The notes below the pieces were generated by a model. It searched no databases and had not been told where the DNA came from. It was given only the letters and a program-made list of their open reading frames with translations. From Tubiluchus corallicola (taxonomy: Eukaryota > Animalia > Priapulida), in assembly GCA_030141605.1 (NCBI GenBank), contig JAQGDQ010000007.1:669173-733172 (forward strand): 64,000 bases of DNA. The letters run 5' to 3'. Positions 23,073-36,429 of this stretch are shown here, one piece after another; position 1 is the first letter of the stretch; every line of letters starts with the position of its first letter. The position numbers were made by a program, and so were the translations under genes.

Positions 23073-26000
23073 TTAAGATTTTACAGCAAATTTTCTCATA
23101 GGATACAATCTTTGCTTCTTCTGCTGCTTTTTAGTTCTTAAAGATAGTTCATGCTTGGTTAGGGCTCTCCGCATGGCACGGGTTTTCTTTGGTCGCAAGT
23201 CAAGAGGCTTGAACTTTTTTCCTTTATGGAATTTTCTCAAATTTTCCTTCTGTGTCTGGTTTATGACAGTTAAAACTCGTGCGATTGATTTCCTTACAAC
23301 ACGTCTGAAAAAATACAAACAAAAAATTTGAATGAAAACACAAGTATTGTCCAATATGCAAAATTTGATATAGTAGGCGCCACTTATTAGACTCACGGTT
23401 AATAGAATCAGTCGAAAATTGACTCAAAAAAGCATCTATTCAAATGTATATAAAAACCAATGGCAATCGACTCAAGATTTGAGATCATGCCTAAATTAAG
23501 GCACTTTTGTGTCACCTTTACTCCATAATGTACGTAGAAATAATCATGTTAAGAGCCATTTTGTTTGTAAGCAGGTAACATGCATTAATATGCTAGCGCA
23601 AAGGTTTTGCTTTGAATTTTACTTCGGCTCGTCCGGTGCAATTAACCTCTTTGTTACTGGAAACTAAACATTTAATCACCTGCCTAAATATGATTTTGAA
23701 GCTCTTGCTGCTTTTCAGAGGAAACACCGGCATCACCAACTGCAGCTCAAGCACAAGGTGTTTGAATAAATATGTGCAGCATACACTAACAGATTTTCAA
23801 CATTTTTACTGGTATGAGAACTTTATAAACCAACGTCTTCGTTAAGAAATGAAGCAACCGACCTTGCAATAATTTTTAGTGCAAATAAATCAATTTAAAT
23901 TATTTTTGTTTTTATTAATTCACTTATAATTCATTTTTCAAATTATAATGCATATACTAAGCTGATGACACACTTCTAAGCTAATAATACAGTACTACAC
24001 CCATAGATTCAGCCAGTCAAAAGGCGCCTACTGTACTTCATAATTATTGCAAATTTAAAGCCTTTTCTAATTCTGATGAATTGAAGCTTTTATTGCAGAA
24101 CTAAAATTCCATATTACATTGTGCATGCAGTGATAATACATTACACACATCACTATATCAACGAAAAATACAAATAAAGCAAATTATAGCATATACAATA
24201 ATAATAATAACTAGCCGAAGCCCCGCAAAAAATTTTGCATATAAATCCACTTCTAATCAACAGTGTACGAACACCCTACATAGTGTTTTGTTTATTTAGC
24301 TAATGCAAAGCCAGCAACAGTTTTTAATGAATTAAAGTTACAAAGTTATAGGCAGAGCTCAACGGATGACGTCAGAACAATGGCTTTGCATCAGCAGCTT
24401 TCTGAGGGAGAATCGCCCAAAATGGAACCTCTAATCAACTTGTGACTGTGCTCCTTCTGGTGAAAACAACCCCTAAAGAGACCCACATCACGTTGTAACC
24501 CTGTTCCTCCTCTTTCTAAAGAGCTATATATTTCTTCCTGAGAGCCCCATCAGGCGGTTCGATGATGTACGCACATGTATGGTATGAACTTCCTATAGCA
24601 GTTTTTTCAAGATTAATTTGTGACTTCTTAACGACATTGTTTTGTAAAACACAAATGCTCTCAGTAGTGATCACACCACTAGAGCATCACTAATCGGCTT
24701 TAGTGACGGAGTCTAGTGATAGCTCTATGAATTATATACCACCGCATTATAAACTTATCTGATTGTAGACTGCACCATTGCATTCAAGAGCTAGTAAACT
24801 AAAATATACTACAGGACTGCTTTATATTCCTAATAATTGGTTAAAATTAAGAATTATAACTTAGCTACCAACATAAACATTCCTAACTAGACATAAGTAC
24901 AGTGCAACTTCCATGCTAACAAGCATCTTGACTGGTTTGACAATACCTGTCACTCACTTACATTTTTGAGAGTTTTGAGGCGGCACCACCAGTGACTTTT
25001 GCAACTCGCAGGGCAGACAGTTCTTGTTTCAGTTCTTCTAACTGCTTTAACAAATCTTCCTTCCTCTTTCCACGCAGTTCGTGTGCTTTAACTTTAGCCT
25101 AAATAAACAAATTCAAAATTTGACGTTACAAAAAACATATATCTCTTACCACCCTTTGTAGATACATTACATTTTCTCAGTGTCAGACTTATATGGATAC
25201 ATGAGGCAAAATTAAAACCGTGCAGTCACAGAATCAATTAAGAAAGGGGTAGATGCTCAGTGGTCGTACGGTCTTTCTCCACCCTTTCTCTATTTTTAAG
25301 TATTAATCAGTACTAGCATTTTGTTACACGCTTGCTGTATAAGACAAAAAAAATAAAATTGATAGTTGTAAGGCATCACAACATATATAGCCTAATTTTT
25401 AAAATGTAAAAACCAAATAGCAAAACTTCCAATTAAGAAGTGAGGAGTTCAGACAAACCAATTGAGATACGCAAAAAACGGGTTAATAAATTACTGTAGA
25501 TCGACAGGGCGAAGCCTATAAGTAGGCTTTTTGCCCATAGTTGTCTCTCTTGTTAAACCTCTGTTAAAGTGTTATTGTTTTATCATATTTTCTATCTCGC
25601 ATTTTACATTTATGTTATCTTTCCAAAGTTGTCTCAAGCGGAAATGCTGCCTAGCAGCAGTTATCATGGTATGGTGAGGAAGCAAGGTCAGAAGGGCCAA
25701 CGGGCCATGCGTGCTGGTTTATGATAAACTGAAATGTTGTTGGAGATTTGAATTTAAAAAAAACGTTTAGAGTCCACTAACGCCGCACTAAAGCTAACAG
25801 CTGCAAATTTATAAAGTCTAGGGGGTAAAATTCTTGTCATTTAGCAACATAGCCAGTTTACAGATTACAAGCAAATAAAGAAAAATGGAATGGAGGAAGA
25901 GAAGGGTCTACGAAGACATGAAACGTGAAATACATATCCTTCTAAGTATCTACAAAATATAAATTGTTTTTTCTAAATAAAATTATAAATGCGAAAGTAG

Positions 26001-26095
26001 AAGTTTGGCATAGAATTAGTATAATATTCTGCCAAAACTAAACTAAACTGAAAAATAAACTACAAAATGAGAACAAATTTACAAAAATTCACCAT
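23073..26095 (-). CDS. RPL35: 60S ribosomal protein L35 (uL29)
   Basis: ATG-only coding part of exon 1 (26095-26093, then gtgaat); exon 25098-24962 ([11 protein letters not shown]...[16 protein letters not shown]); exon 23304-23073 ([16 protein letters not shown]...[15 protein letters not shown]). Minus-strand AATAAA at 23061-23056. Confidence 0.97.
23371..24033 (-). mobile_element. Tigger-like MITE, copy 2 (RPL35 intron 2)
   Basis: TA|tagtaggcgccacttattagactca ... aggcgcctactg|TA. The reverse complement shares gtgattaaatgtttag and cctgcttacaaacaaaa with the 7937-8736 copy. Confidence 0.8.
24210..24740 (-). mobile_element. Possible non-autonomous Helitron-like element
   Basis: Minus strand ends with a gcaaaattttttgc hairpin, ~10 nt, then CTAG|T. 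The other boundary is uncertain. Confidence 0.35.
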
Positions 26096-26110
26096 TATCG
26101 TGGACACACG

Positions 26111-26124
26111 TTAAGAAAAAGACC
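26111..26124 (-). promoter_or_regulatory. TCT initiator / 5'TOP tract of RPL35
   Basis: Minus strand gtCTTTTTCTT lies ~26 nt upstream of the ATG, the usual arrangement in ribosomal protein genes. Confidence 0.8.
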
Positions 26125-26589
26125 GAAGCTGAATGCAGTTTACAGATTACAGATGCAATTTAATTCAGCTCCTGTTTTAATAACACTGCCTGCACTGTGG
26201 TCGTAATTACACTCATACTGAACGGCACGACTTAGTCATTCATAACTCACGTTCGTGGGGAATTACCTAACTCACTTAACTTCATATAAATATGCAGTTA
26301 TTACTGCTTGTTGCTGCATTTACAGATAACCAGATATTTCTAATTCATGACTATTTAAAATTTTCCACTCTTTTGGGCTCACTCAAAGTCGTAATTCCAT
26401 AATTAAGTTTTCCTTTCTCAAGTTCAGTTTTATTGTTCTTATACCGTTGTTTATTATTACATTATTTACATCATCCTTATTTATGTTATTAAATTACCTA
26501 CAGAAGTATGCATAATTATAATCATTTTTTTATTTAAGGTGAATGTGTTGATGACCATATGGTCGAACACTCACCTTGCACTACTCAAA

Positions 26590-26720
26590 TAATTTGCACA
26601 ACTCGTGCTTGTACCTGTTCAAGAGCATGGATATCCTTGAGATAGTAAAGGTTTGTCCCATACTTGACTGACATATTCAAGATGAGGATGAACAAGAGTT
26701 TTGTATAGTGGGAGAATTAC
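26590..26720 (-). mobile_element. LINE RT C-terminal fragment, same family as 9460-9960
   Basis: Shares ctcgtgcttg...tccttgagatagtaa...tcccatac...gacatatt...aacaaga.ttttgtata with 9728-9830. Confidence 0.7.
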
Positions 26721-27539
26721 ATATGGTGGACCAATGGACCAGTGGTTAATGTCTTTATAAAGCTCATTCTCGCAAAAACAACTAGTCACCTCGTGCTCCG
26801 TTATCCCAACGTTCCACTTATATTAAATGAAGGTACTACACGAAAACTTAAAATTTTCGTAAAATAATTCACTGAGAGATCATGACAGAGAAAGTAATGT
26901 TCGCTAATTGCATAGTGGATATTATATTCTCTTATCATAATGATGTTTGGCACTCACTGTTGATAAGACAGATCAAGCATCTCTTCGACATTAGTTTGAT
27001 GTACAATATACCTGCATGGTGCAATATTTACACAGTTAATACCCGTGATTCATTAATTGTTGGCCTACATTCCAATACACGTTCTACGGACAAATGACAT
27101 TATTTTTGTCACTACCCACATAATTTGAATTTCGCATGAGCCATATTGCCTATGCTATAACCTACACGTAATTAATGTGCACAAAGGTAGTGCAAGAAGT
27201 CTCTTTCTTGAGTTATATTGCAACTTGTCATGATTATAATCTCCGTTTGTCAAAGAATTTTGCTTGACAAAATCTTTATTTTGACATTTACGTAAAGTAA
27301 ACCTTATCAAGAATCTAGTGAAAGGAACAATTATAGCAAATGATTTGAACATCACAGAAATAACATCAAACAGACATGGTGTGTGCTATATAATAAATTA
27401 CTGTAGACAATATCAGAAAAAACAAATCTTAAATGATTCTTAAAGAGATAATGTATAGTAGTGGTAAATCAGTAAAAAATTCGACTAGTATTTTCCTACG
27501 TTTTTACAAACTATGTAAAATTGTTTCAGTTTATATATT

Positions 27540-29030
27540 AAATTCTTCCGGGAAACCATCTAACAATTGTCCTATTTCAATACTTTCCTTATTGCAAAAA
27601 TATTTAAAAACACTTTATTTAAAAATTACTGAGCTCCTTTTTTCCCCAGTAATATTCTGTTTTGCTTTCTATTTGGATTTAGAAAAAAAAAACATTCCTC
27701 ATATTTAGTAACTGCAGAGTCCACTGAAAATATGCTTGAATTCTGAACACTAGCACAGAATTTCAGAATCTCTTAAAAGCTTTTGGTATAGTTCAATGGA
27801 TATTCTTCTTCAAAGACTAAGTCACTATGGTATTAGAGGAATTGCACATAAACTCTTGTTGTCATAAGTTCTGGATCGTAAACAGTTTACCTTTGTCCAT
27901 TAAGCCATCTGTGGGGCTGGATTACCATATAGGTTAGTACTGGCTGCAGCCTAAGGTCCCTCAAGCTTGGGGGCTCATATTTTACATTGTTGAATAATTC
28001 CTATAACTTAAAATAAAATTCAATCTTTAAAAAGGGAGTCCAGGAAGGCTGAAAATTCAATTTTAAAGTGGCTCCTCATTTGAGATAAAGGATCCCTGTT
28101 TGAGGCCTTTTATTTGAGACAAAGGGCCCTTCTTTGAAGCAATTTATATGAAATATGGGCCCCTAGCCATGCAAATGTTGCTGAATTATATCACAAATAA
28201 AAAATTCTCGAGACGAGTGTGGGCAAATTAAAGAGTGGCTCCATCTGAGGGCCCCATAATGTCATTAGCCTAGGGGGCCCCAAAAGTTCATAATCCGACC
28301 CTGACCATCAGAGCTAGTCATATAAACTGTGGCGTGTCTCTGGCTTCTACCTTACGGCCATTGCTTTTTCCCATAATATAATAAATGATTTAGCAATAGT
28401 TTCTCACTTTCAATCCTAATTATTTGCAGATGATACAAATCTTTTTATTTTGGACACCAACTTGCAAAATTTAAAGGCATAAACCAATACAGATTATTGA
28501 AAATCAGCAAACGGATGAAAGCAAATAAGTTGTCAGTCTGTATTTCTAAAACAAAATTTACGATTGTTAGTAATAAAAATTGACAATTACGCTAGTCTAC
28601 GATCTAAATGACTGGCCATATAATTGAAAGTTTGTCTAGTATAAAGTAATTCGGGCTTAAATTGGTATGAAGTGGAGTCCCACATTAATACAATTACTAT
28701 AGTCGTTTTAGTAAAACTGTCAGTTTTGGTAGACTCTGACACTATATTGCTAGAAATACATGTAAAACACTCTTGTGAGTGGCACATTCAGCACAATAAC
28801 AAGAACAGAAAGAAGAAAAAAGAAAACCTTAATTAATTCTGTAATGAGAGAAGAATTATTCCTATTTTGAGAAAGATATTGCATAGGCAGATATGTACGC
28901 AAAATTAATTGATAATGAGAAATATTTTGTGCAAGGAATGTAAAGAAATGTAATGTAAAGCAATGTAGTGTAATATGTAGTGTGTGTGTATAAAGCAACG
29001 TAAAGAAAAAGACTGAAATCGATTTAATCA
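27540..29030 (+). mobile_element. Degraded LINE (CR1/L2-type) RT, interrupted by a MITE
   Basis: NNCPISIL, GFRKK, RLSHYGIRG, DRKQF, then after the insertion CGVSLASTLRPLLF, INDL, LFADDTNLF. Confidence 0.8.
27912..28303 (+). mobile_element. hAT-type MITE inserted in a LINE
   Basis: Termini tggggctggatta and taatccgaccctg; degenerate 8-bp TSD gccatctg/accatcag; internal gggccc motifs. A second copy is at 45454-45804. Confidence 0.7.
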
Positions 29031-29116
29031 ATAGTAACAGTAATAAATACTCTACTGGAAGATCATATTTTCGTAAGACTGATTGTAGAGATAGAGGTAT
29101 ATAGTTATGGATAAAA

Positions 29117-29119
<3 letters not shown>

Positions 29120-29184
<65 letters not shown>

Positions 29185-29237
29185 CGTACACGTGCGTGTA
29201 TGCGTACGCGTGCGTGTGTGTGTGCGTACGCGTGCGT
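29120..29237. repeat. (GT)n/(GCGT)n microsatellite
   Basis: Directly visible. Confidence 0.95.
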
Positions 29238-30269
29238 CTCCTGGTATGTTAATTGCGGGAAATGCAAATATGGCAGTCGTTGCGGTAGCACTGATTTAAT
29301 CCTGCTGGCAATGCGTCATAAATTTCATAAATAATGAATGAGTCATTGAGGACATGGTTGCTTTTCTTAGTTTTTTCTGCTGTTCCGTTTAATCCTTACT
29401 GTCGCGTTTATTTCTAAATATACTAAATAAAACATAGTTGTAACAAGAGCTAGAATTATGTAAAAGTTCTGCAAAGATTTGGGTAAAAATTCTACGTTAT
29501 TTTTATGTAGTAATCCAGCCTTAAATTCAGTTCAAAATGATAGTCTATTTTCTTTAATTTAGCGTGTTTAATTAACTGTTTTAGTAATAATGCATATTTA
29601 TCTGGATTGCATATTGAAATTTCATTATTGCTAAGAACCATTAACGACTAAACCAATTTTTGTAAAATTAACTTTGCTTAATTTGGAAATCGGGAAAGCC
29701 AAACTGTGCCTAATTTCTAGAAATAAGTGTGACATATCAATTTGCACACAGGAATTTGGCTTGATATTTCAAATTCACGGGAGAGTAGCAAATTGCTCTC
29801 CTAGAAATCTCTTTGAAGTTCACTTCAAAAGTAAATATTTGACAGAGTTGATTCAGTATGTGCCGAATGTTGTGAAAAACGGTCCAAAAAGGTTACTGAA
29901 GTAGGGGAATAGATAGAGGGCACATAAGTATGATTGCAGCTTAGATTCGGCCCTATTTCAGTTAAAAGGGACACTGGATATAAGCAGCGATTTTTCCTGT
30001 CTGGAGGTGTCCTAATATCTGAGCTTAACTGTATAATAATATCTACCTTATAACACAATTATTAAGACATCTGATGTTAGTAAGGTTACGAAGTATTTTG
30101 TCTAAAAGAACTTTATCTAAATATATAAACATATTTAAAAGCTTATGACTTAAAAGCTAATCAGGCGTGCATTCTGAACTTTAATGTGTAGAGAATGCCT
30201 TGTATTAGTATAATACTTAAAACTAGTTTTTATTGTTTGCCTTTAATTATAATTTCAAAACTTTTGCAG

Positions 30270-30403
30270 GTTTGCTCATGACGATGTATTTTTGGATTCA
30301 TTTTGTGTTTGTGTTTTGATAACAACTTTCCCTACCACGATGAATTTCGTTTCGTGACAGTAATTCTTTCAGCTTTAGTTAAAACTGTCAACCTATATTA
30401 TAG
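30270..30403 (+). other. Candidate orphan non-coding exon
   Basis: Strong acceptor cttttgcag| and donor ag|gtaagc; no long ORF. Confidence 0.3.
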
Positions 30404-31222
30404 GTAAGCATGTTTACAGATTTAGAAATGATCAGCTAATATGGAATTCTGTTTAGTAGCTACAACTCTTGTTCTATGTAGGAATGCACCAGATTCGCAG
30501 TTACCGCAAGACTAAACCGTCTGGTCATCATCATTATCATCATCATCATCATTGTAGCTGACGGAATGTCCCAAAACAAAAACTTCTAATTCCGCATTGG
30601 CTTGCTAACGGTTATTTATTCTGGAGAAAAAAGATAAATCAACATATTAAATCATTTAGGAGTGTATTACAAAAATAAACTGTTCTTAAATAATTTTTCC
30701 TAATTTACGTAAACATATTTTGCAATTGCTACAAAATTATTCCACATTTGGTTCATATAAACAAAAATGATTAAATATCCGACACATTTGTTGGATTTCA
30801 TATTAAACATAACAATTACATTGACTATTAACCATGTAATCACACAGTATCTGACATTGCTGAGTATTACAAATTCACTAGAAGCATCATAAAAAATTAA
30901 ACTGTGAACTCACGTATATTGGCAGCTCTGGCATTTAAATCTTAAAAGCATCCACAAACTGCAAGTCACAAGTCACATTTACTTTCACAAGATCAAATCA
31001 GGCTATATTAACAGAATCAAGACAGTGTGACACCTTTACTGTCCTATTGCCTTCTGTATATAGAAAGATGAATCACCTGAGTATTAGTATACAGTCCTAA
31101 AGGCCTAAAAGGTGGCAGCACATTACAGTATCATTATCCCCAACAATCATCATCATTATTACAGTTATTGGACTTGGACTGGGTCCCGGATTTTCGTTGC
31201 CAAAACCGGATCTGTATATATA

Positions 31223-32612
31223 CAGGGTGCAAACTTAGAGATTTTTTCTGCCAGAAATGGAAACAGGCAGCTAAGAAAATGTGCCTATGCCCATTTTTTT
31301 CAAAGCATAAAGGTATACAATCCTATGCAACATTTAATTTTGTACAGCAATTTGACAACATTAGATAACAAAATTTTCCTTATACACACACTTAGGTTTT
31401 TTCTGCCTAATCTATATTTAACAGTAAATTCTTCATTTTAGTCACTTTCATAAAAACTCCAAAGTGATACAGTTTTTATTTTTCTGTTATCCTGCTGTTC
31501 TTACACACATGCTGTGTAGTTGATAAGTAATTTTATTCACTGGCATTATAAGAAGTTGATACAACAGAGATTTAACAAGCAAAAACTAATATACTTGTTA
31601 AATTTGTGTAAACCAAATATTGAAATACTAACCACATCCATTTTAGTCAAATATATTTGCATTTCCTCTGTTTTGTTTTGTATTTTTGCTTTGTTAAAAT
31701 AGCTCATGTAGTGTGGGAATAAGCGAAGCGGTTCGAATCTACTATATGCCGGCAATAATGTTATTAGCATGGTGACATCTTTGTAGCAACATGCGAGCGA
31801 AAACAATGTGTTTTGGCATTTAGATGCTTCCCTGCCAGCCAAATTAATATACACTGTGCAGTAAACATTTTGTGTAAACTGGATATACTGTCTGTATACA
31901 TTGACTTGGAAAAGGTACAAGGAGATATTATATGTGATAAGCTTAATTACTGGCCATTAACACCAACATACAGCCCAATTCTGTCTAGTATCCTCAGACA
32001 GATTTACTAAAATTTCTGGGAGGACCTGCATTAAATTTGCTCTGTGATATTTATCTCCCTCAGACTTTCCAGCTTGCGAGACCGTAGATTTTGTCTTGGA
32101 TGCTCCAGTCACTGGTGTAAACTGCTTTTTATTTGATAGACTTCCAGGTTTTACAGTAGCATACATATAAATGAAGTTAAATACATGTGTATAATAGCTA
32201 TATGTAATGGAGAAATTAAAAACAAGGTTGTCAAAAATTTCTGTCAAGAATAAATATCGCAAGAAGCATATATTGCGATAATTTTCAGTAGAAAAAAAAT
32301 TCAAGAATTAAAACAATGTTGTCAAAAATTTCTGCTATGGAAAAGTATCACAAGAAGCATAGGTGTGCTTGCATGGCAAAATCATCCATAAGTCGGCAAT
32401 TAAGCTTTTCCAGTTATTCACATATCCTGAATCTCCATTTCATGATTATCATTTTGATACCAAGATCATTGCTCTACATTATTTCCAAGTTGATATAATC
32501 CACATTGAAGTTGAGGTGCACACTTTGCACTGAAAAACATAACCTTGAGAAAAGTGCTGTTAAAGTTACCATTGTTTTTTGTCCCGTTTCTGCAAAACAC
32601 TTAGCAACCATA
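31223..32612 (-). mobile_element. Possible degraded hAT-type DNA transposon
   Basis: cagggtgcaaact ... cttagcaaccata termini. Frameshifted minus-strand relic CTFSKSM..VYCTV..INLAG..KHLNAKTH resembles a hAT N-terminal zinc finger. Confidence 0.35.
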
Positions 32613-33486
32613 GAAATGTTGGTTGCTATGGACATTGCAAGAGCATATTGAAGTTATGTTTAAATCCAGTAGATGGCTCTTCCTGACGAAGATTCGGGTT
32701 TTGCAACAGGAAAAACCCAAAGTAAAATGACTGCTTCCATGAGCTACTAACTGAGTTTGAAAATACAAGTTTTTTTACAATTGCATTAGTAGTTTCTAGA
32801 CAGAAGAGTGGGTACAGGATTATAAAATTAGATTTTTAGTTTTTCTGAACATTTTCCTGATGATTTGATGCTAGAATATAAAAGTCCAATATATTTAGCA
32901 TTTGTTTTTTATAAAAAACAAGAAATTGTCATTTGACCAAATTTTTGGTACATTCTACTTTGGAGCATCATAACGTAGTTTTAACTATGCCAACTTATTT
33001 TGGCTTGCAAACACACATATATTGTGATAATTTTCTGCAGAAAGCAAAATTTCAGCAGAATATAAAAAGCAACACATCTAGTAAGCATATTACAGCAGAT
33101 GATTATGCAGGGGATGATCATTAATGATTATGTAGTGGAAACCTTGTAGCAATAGATAAATTACTCCAAAAGTAATTTTCGATTTTGTAATTCTATGAAT
33201 AGTTCCACATATTAATAATAGCGTGCAAGTGCTTTTGAATGAACTAAAAATCAGTAAGTATACTTTTTTTGAGCGTTTTGTTCCAAAATGCTTCACATTT
33301 TTGTTTGTAAAGCTGTAGTTAAACTTCAAGTAGACATCTTTATTAAAGGAAGACAGGATGATTTTTCATATACTACCCCATTTTTAAGTCTGATATTACT
33401 TCAGAAGCGTTTCTGGTAATTAAATAATAGATTAAAAATAACGGGGGGGGGGGGGCAACTATTGTTGACATCATAGACTAACATAA

Positions 33487-33785
33487 TTTTCAACAGCAAA
33501 AATATTCTACGAGCGTGTTGCACGTGTTTGCAAAAGTGAAAATTGAAGTACAGTACCACTGTAAAATATTGAGTGTGTTCTACAAAAACTAGGCAAGTTT
33601 TAAGATAAAAATTCAAATTTCAAATTTACCGCTGTGCTTACGCATAAGCTGTCGAACATGTGTAGTTCATCACAGACTAACACATCTGAACTGTGAGGTA
33701 CAGCACCTGTTTTTGTGCAATGCTTTTCCGAAATGCAGGCGCTAGTGCCCGTCTAACTAGAGAATGGCAAAATGCATGTAACAGC
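33487..33785 (+). repeat. Unclassified interspersed repeat, copy A
   Basis: Colinear with 35685-35975 (ttttaagataaaaattcaaatttcaaatttacc; agctgtcgaa; agcacctgtttttgtgcaa; aaatgcagg). Confidence 0.8.
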
Positions 33786-34912
33786 AAAGAACTAGTGGCG
33801 TGATACCTTTTCCTTCATATACTTACCTAGTGCAGTCATATAAAAGCACATTTTTTAACTTAAAATTAATACGCAATAATTATTATAACATCATTGTTAC
33901 GACGAGGGTGCAGCCATGTTTCCCAACTGCTAACTCTTGGCATTTCTCATGAGCTGTGAGCGGGGTTTTTCTAAGTTGAAATTAATAAAGATTTATCTTC
34001 GTTCAGCTACAAGCAATCGTAGACCACTAACTCTTGGTGATTCTAACAGGGTCTACCAAATCATTTGGCGGAGAAGAGACAATGAAGAATTTCACACTTC
34101 GAAAAGTTAGAAAGTTAAACATCTCAGTATTTGTTCCGTGTTTTCACATTTTCGTTAAGAATAAACACCTTAGTCTTTATATGAATAAATATCTTTCATA
34201 AATGTCTTTTTGTGTGTTACATTTCAGGAAGGAGCGACCAAGCCTGTTGCTACGTCACTGTTACTAAATAGTACTGCTGTAGTTATTATCACTGTTAAAC
34301 ATAAAAACACTGCAAATAACAAATATCGCACCAACTCTTTGTTTCACTTGTGGGTTAATTTTATTTATACTGTAAACTTTCTATGTTTCATTTCAGAATG
34401 TAAACAGATAAAATTCTTCTATTGTGGATCTTTGTAAATTGTGAAAATGAGTAATACAGTTAATCGGCAAAACACTACTGTGAACATGGTAAAGACAACA
34501 ACTGCTGCAGCAAGTAAGTATTTTTATTACTTCAATCAATTGTGCATCTGAGGCTGAGCTGATGTAGTCACAAAAATTGGCATCCGTCTTTAAAAAATAA
34601 TGAGAAGGGAGAATGGACTTGTTTTGCATTGTGGATTATGGGAACATTTTCTAATTGGAGTTGATTAAACTGCCGCCTACCTTTCTACTACTCCTATGAA
34701 TCTATTGTACCTAAATATTTCTAAACATTTAGAAATCTGTCTAGGTTTTTAGAAATTAAGGTGTTGGACCTTGAGACTTCAGTGTTGTTGTAAACTTGTA
34801 CGACAATTCGCTTGCATTACTGTAAAGAAGCCTAGAATAACATGTCAAAAATATGCCAGCAATTATCCAGAACGGTGTATTATTAATTTTATTAATTTGG
34901 CAGATGGCAGCG

Positions 34913-34952
34913 CACACGTACACACACACACGCACGCACGCACACACGCACG

Positions 34953-35014
<62 letters not shown>
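34913..35014. repeat. (CA)n/(CACG)n microsatellite
   Basis: Directly visible. Confidence 0.95.
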
Positions 35015-35018
<4 letters not shown>

Positions 35019-35684
35019 GGAAGCACTTGAGTGTGACCAATTACGTAATGAGTAATGTGTCAGTTGTTATAATATTACTCGTGGCATCATCAGTTAAAAT
35101 TTATCTGAACAACGAGAAAGGAATATTTTTGTGCTAAAAATTGCTTGCCTAGAGGCTGTGCAACTAAATACAGTGATGCCTACAAATTTCATCCTATATT
35201 AGTCAATGTTAGTCATTAAAAAAGACAAAATGAATATGCAAAATTAGTAATGAATGATGATGCTAAAGTTATGACAATCAAATTAATTTTATTTTCACAT
35301 ACAGTAACGTTTTTCTAGTGCAGGTTTTGTGAGCCAGTACAGAAGGCTGATAGGTGTGTTCTTATTTGTCTTTTTGATTAGTCAAGCCTGGTGATCAAAG
35401 AAATGTAGCCATTAGTTTCCAGATCAGAAAATGGTTTGAGGCGTGTGGATGAGTAACGGAATGATGTTCATGTTTTTATGAATTATTAAAATGCCCTTAA
35501 GCTGTAACTTTGAGCTTTCGTGGTGACTGACAGTGACAGCATATAAATGATCAGTCATGTACAACTGGCAGCAATGCATTATTTACTTGTTTACAACACA
35601 GCACCTGGAAATGTCTTTAAAGGAAAACAGGATAATTTTCTGATAATTATATAATACATTAAGATGATACCACAAATGAATATA

Positions 35685-35975
35685 ATTTTCAACAGAAAAG
35701 CATTCTATGAGTGTGTTCTATGTGTTTCCAAAAGCGAGAATTGAAGTACAGTGCTACTGTAAGAGATACAGTGTGTTATACTAAAAGCCACGATGTTTTA
35801 AGATAAAAATTCAAATTTCAAATTTACCCTTGGGTTCATGCACGAGCTGTCGAATGTGTGCTCTACATCATAAATGAACGCCTCTCAAATGAGAGAGATA
35901 TAGCACCTGTTTTTGTGCAACATATTTCCAAAATGCAGGTGCTGGTGTCCATCTAACTAATGAAATACATGTAAC
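35685..35975 (+). repeat. Unclassified interspersed repeat, copy B
   Basis: Diverged direct copy of 33487-33785. Confidence 0.8.
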
Positions 35976-36273
35976 ATTGAGGAACATTGAGTAACTACAC
36001 GAATGTGAAATTTAAAAATTAATCTGTTTACCAAATTTCATTAGTAGACATCTTCCAAAAAGTTTCAACTGCTGCTACGTTTCCCTTGCATGCGGACACA
36101 GATAATAACATGTAGCTTTCTATACAAAAATGGTGTTCTTGTAGCAAGTTCCCAATTGGTTAATGAAATCCTTTGGGTGCATTATGTTTTTATGACATGA
36201 ATTCACAAACTTACAACTCTGAAACCAAACAGTTATCATGTAGTAGATCACTATGAGTTATTTCTACGAATCC

Positions 36274-36429
36274 AGGTAATACTGTCACAGGCAAAAGAGT
36301 CATAGAAAAAAAGTCACCCTAACCGTAACTCTAACCCTGACTTGAATATTTTTGTTTGATTTCTTGACATTCTTTCCTAGCCAAAATTGTGACTTTTTCT
36401 GCGACTTTTTTCTTATGACTTTATTACCT
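36274..36429. mobile_element. Small palindromic MITE-like element
   Basis: aggtaata...tattacct termini, aaaagtca repeats on the left mirrored by tgactttt on the right, and a central ccctaacc-type motif. Confidence 0.5.

Noticed and set aside
23560-23690. H/ACA snoRNA-like hairpin ending in ACA within the RPL35 intron
   Set aside because: The same sequence occurs in the MITE copy at ~8430-8550, so it is transposon-internal.
29052-29334. Thr-His and Val-Cys repeat ORFs (also 34756-35137)
   Set aside because: Dinucleotide microsatellite artefacts.
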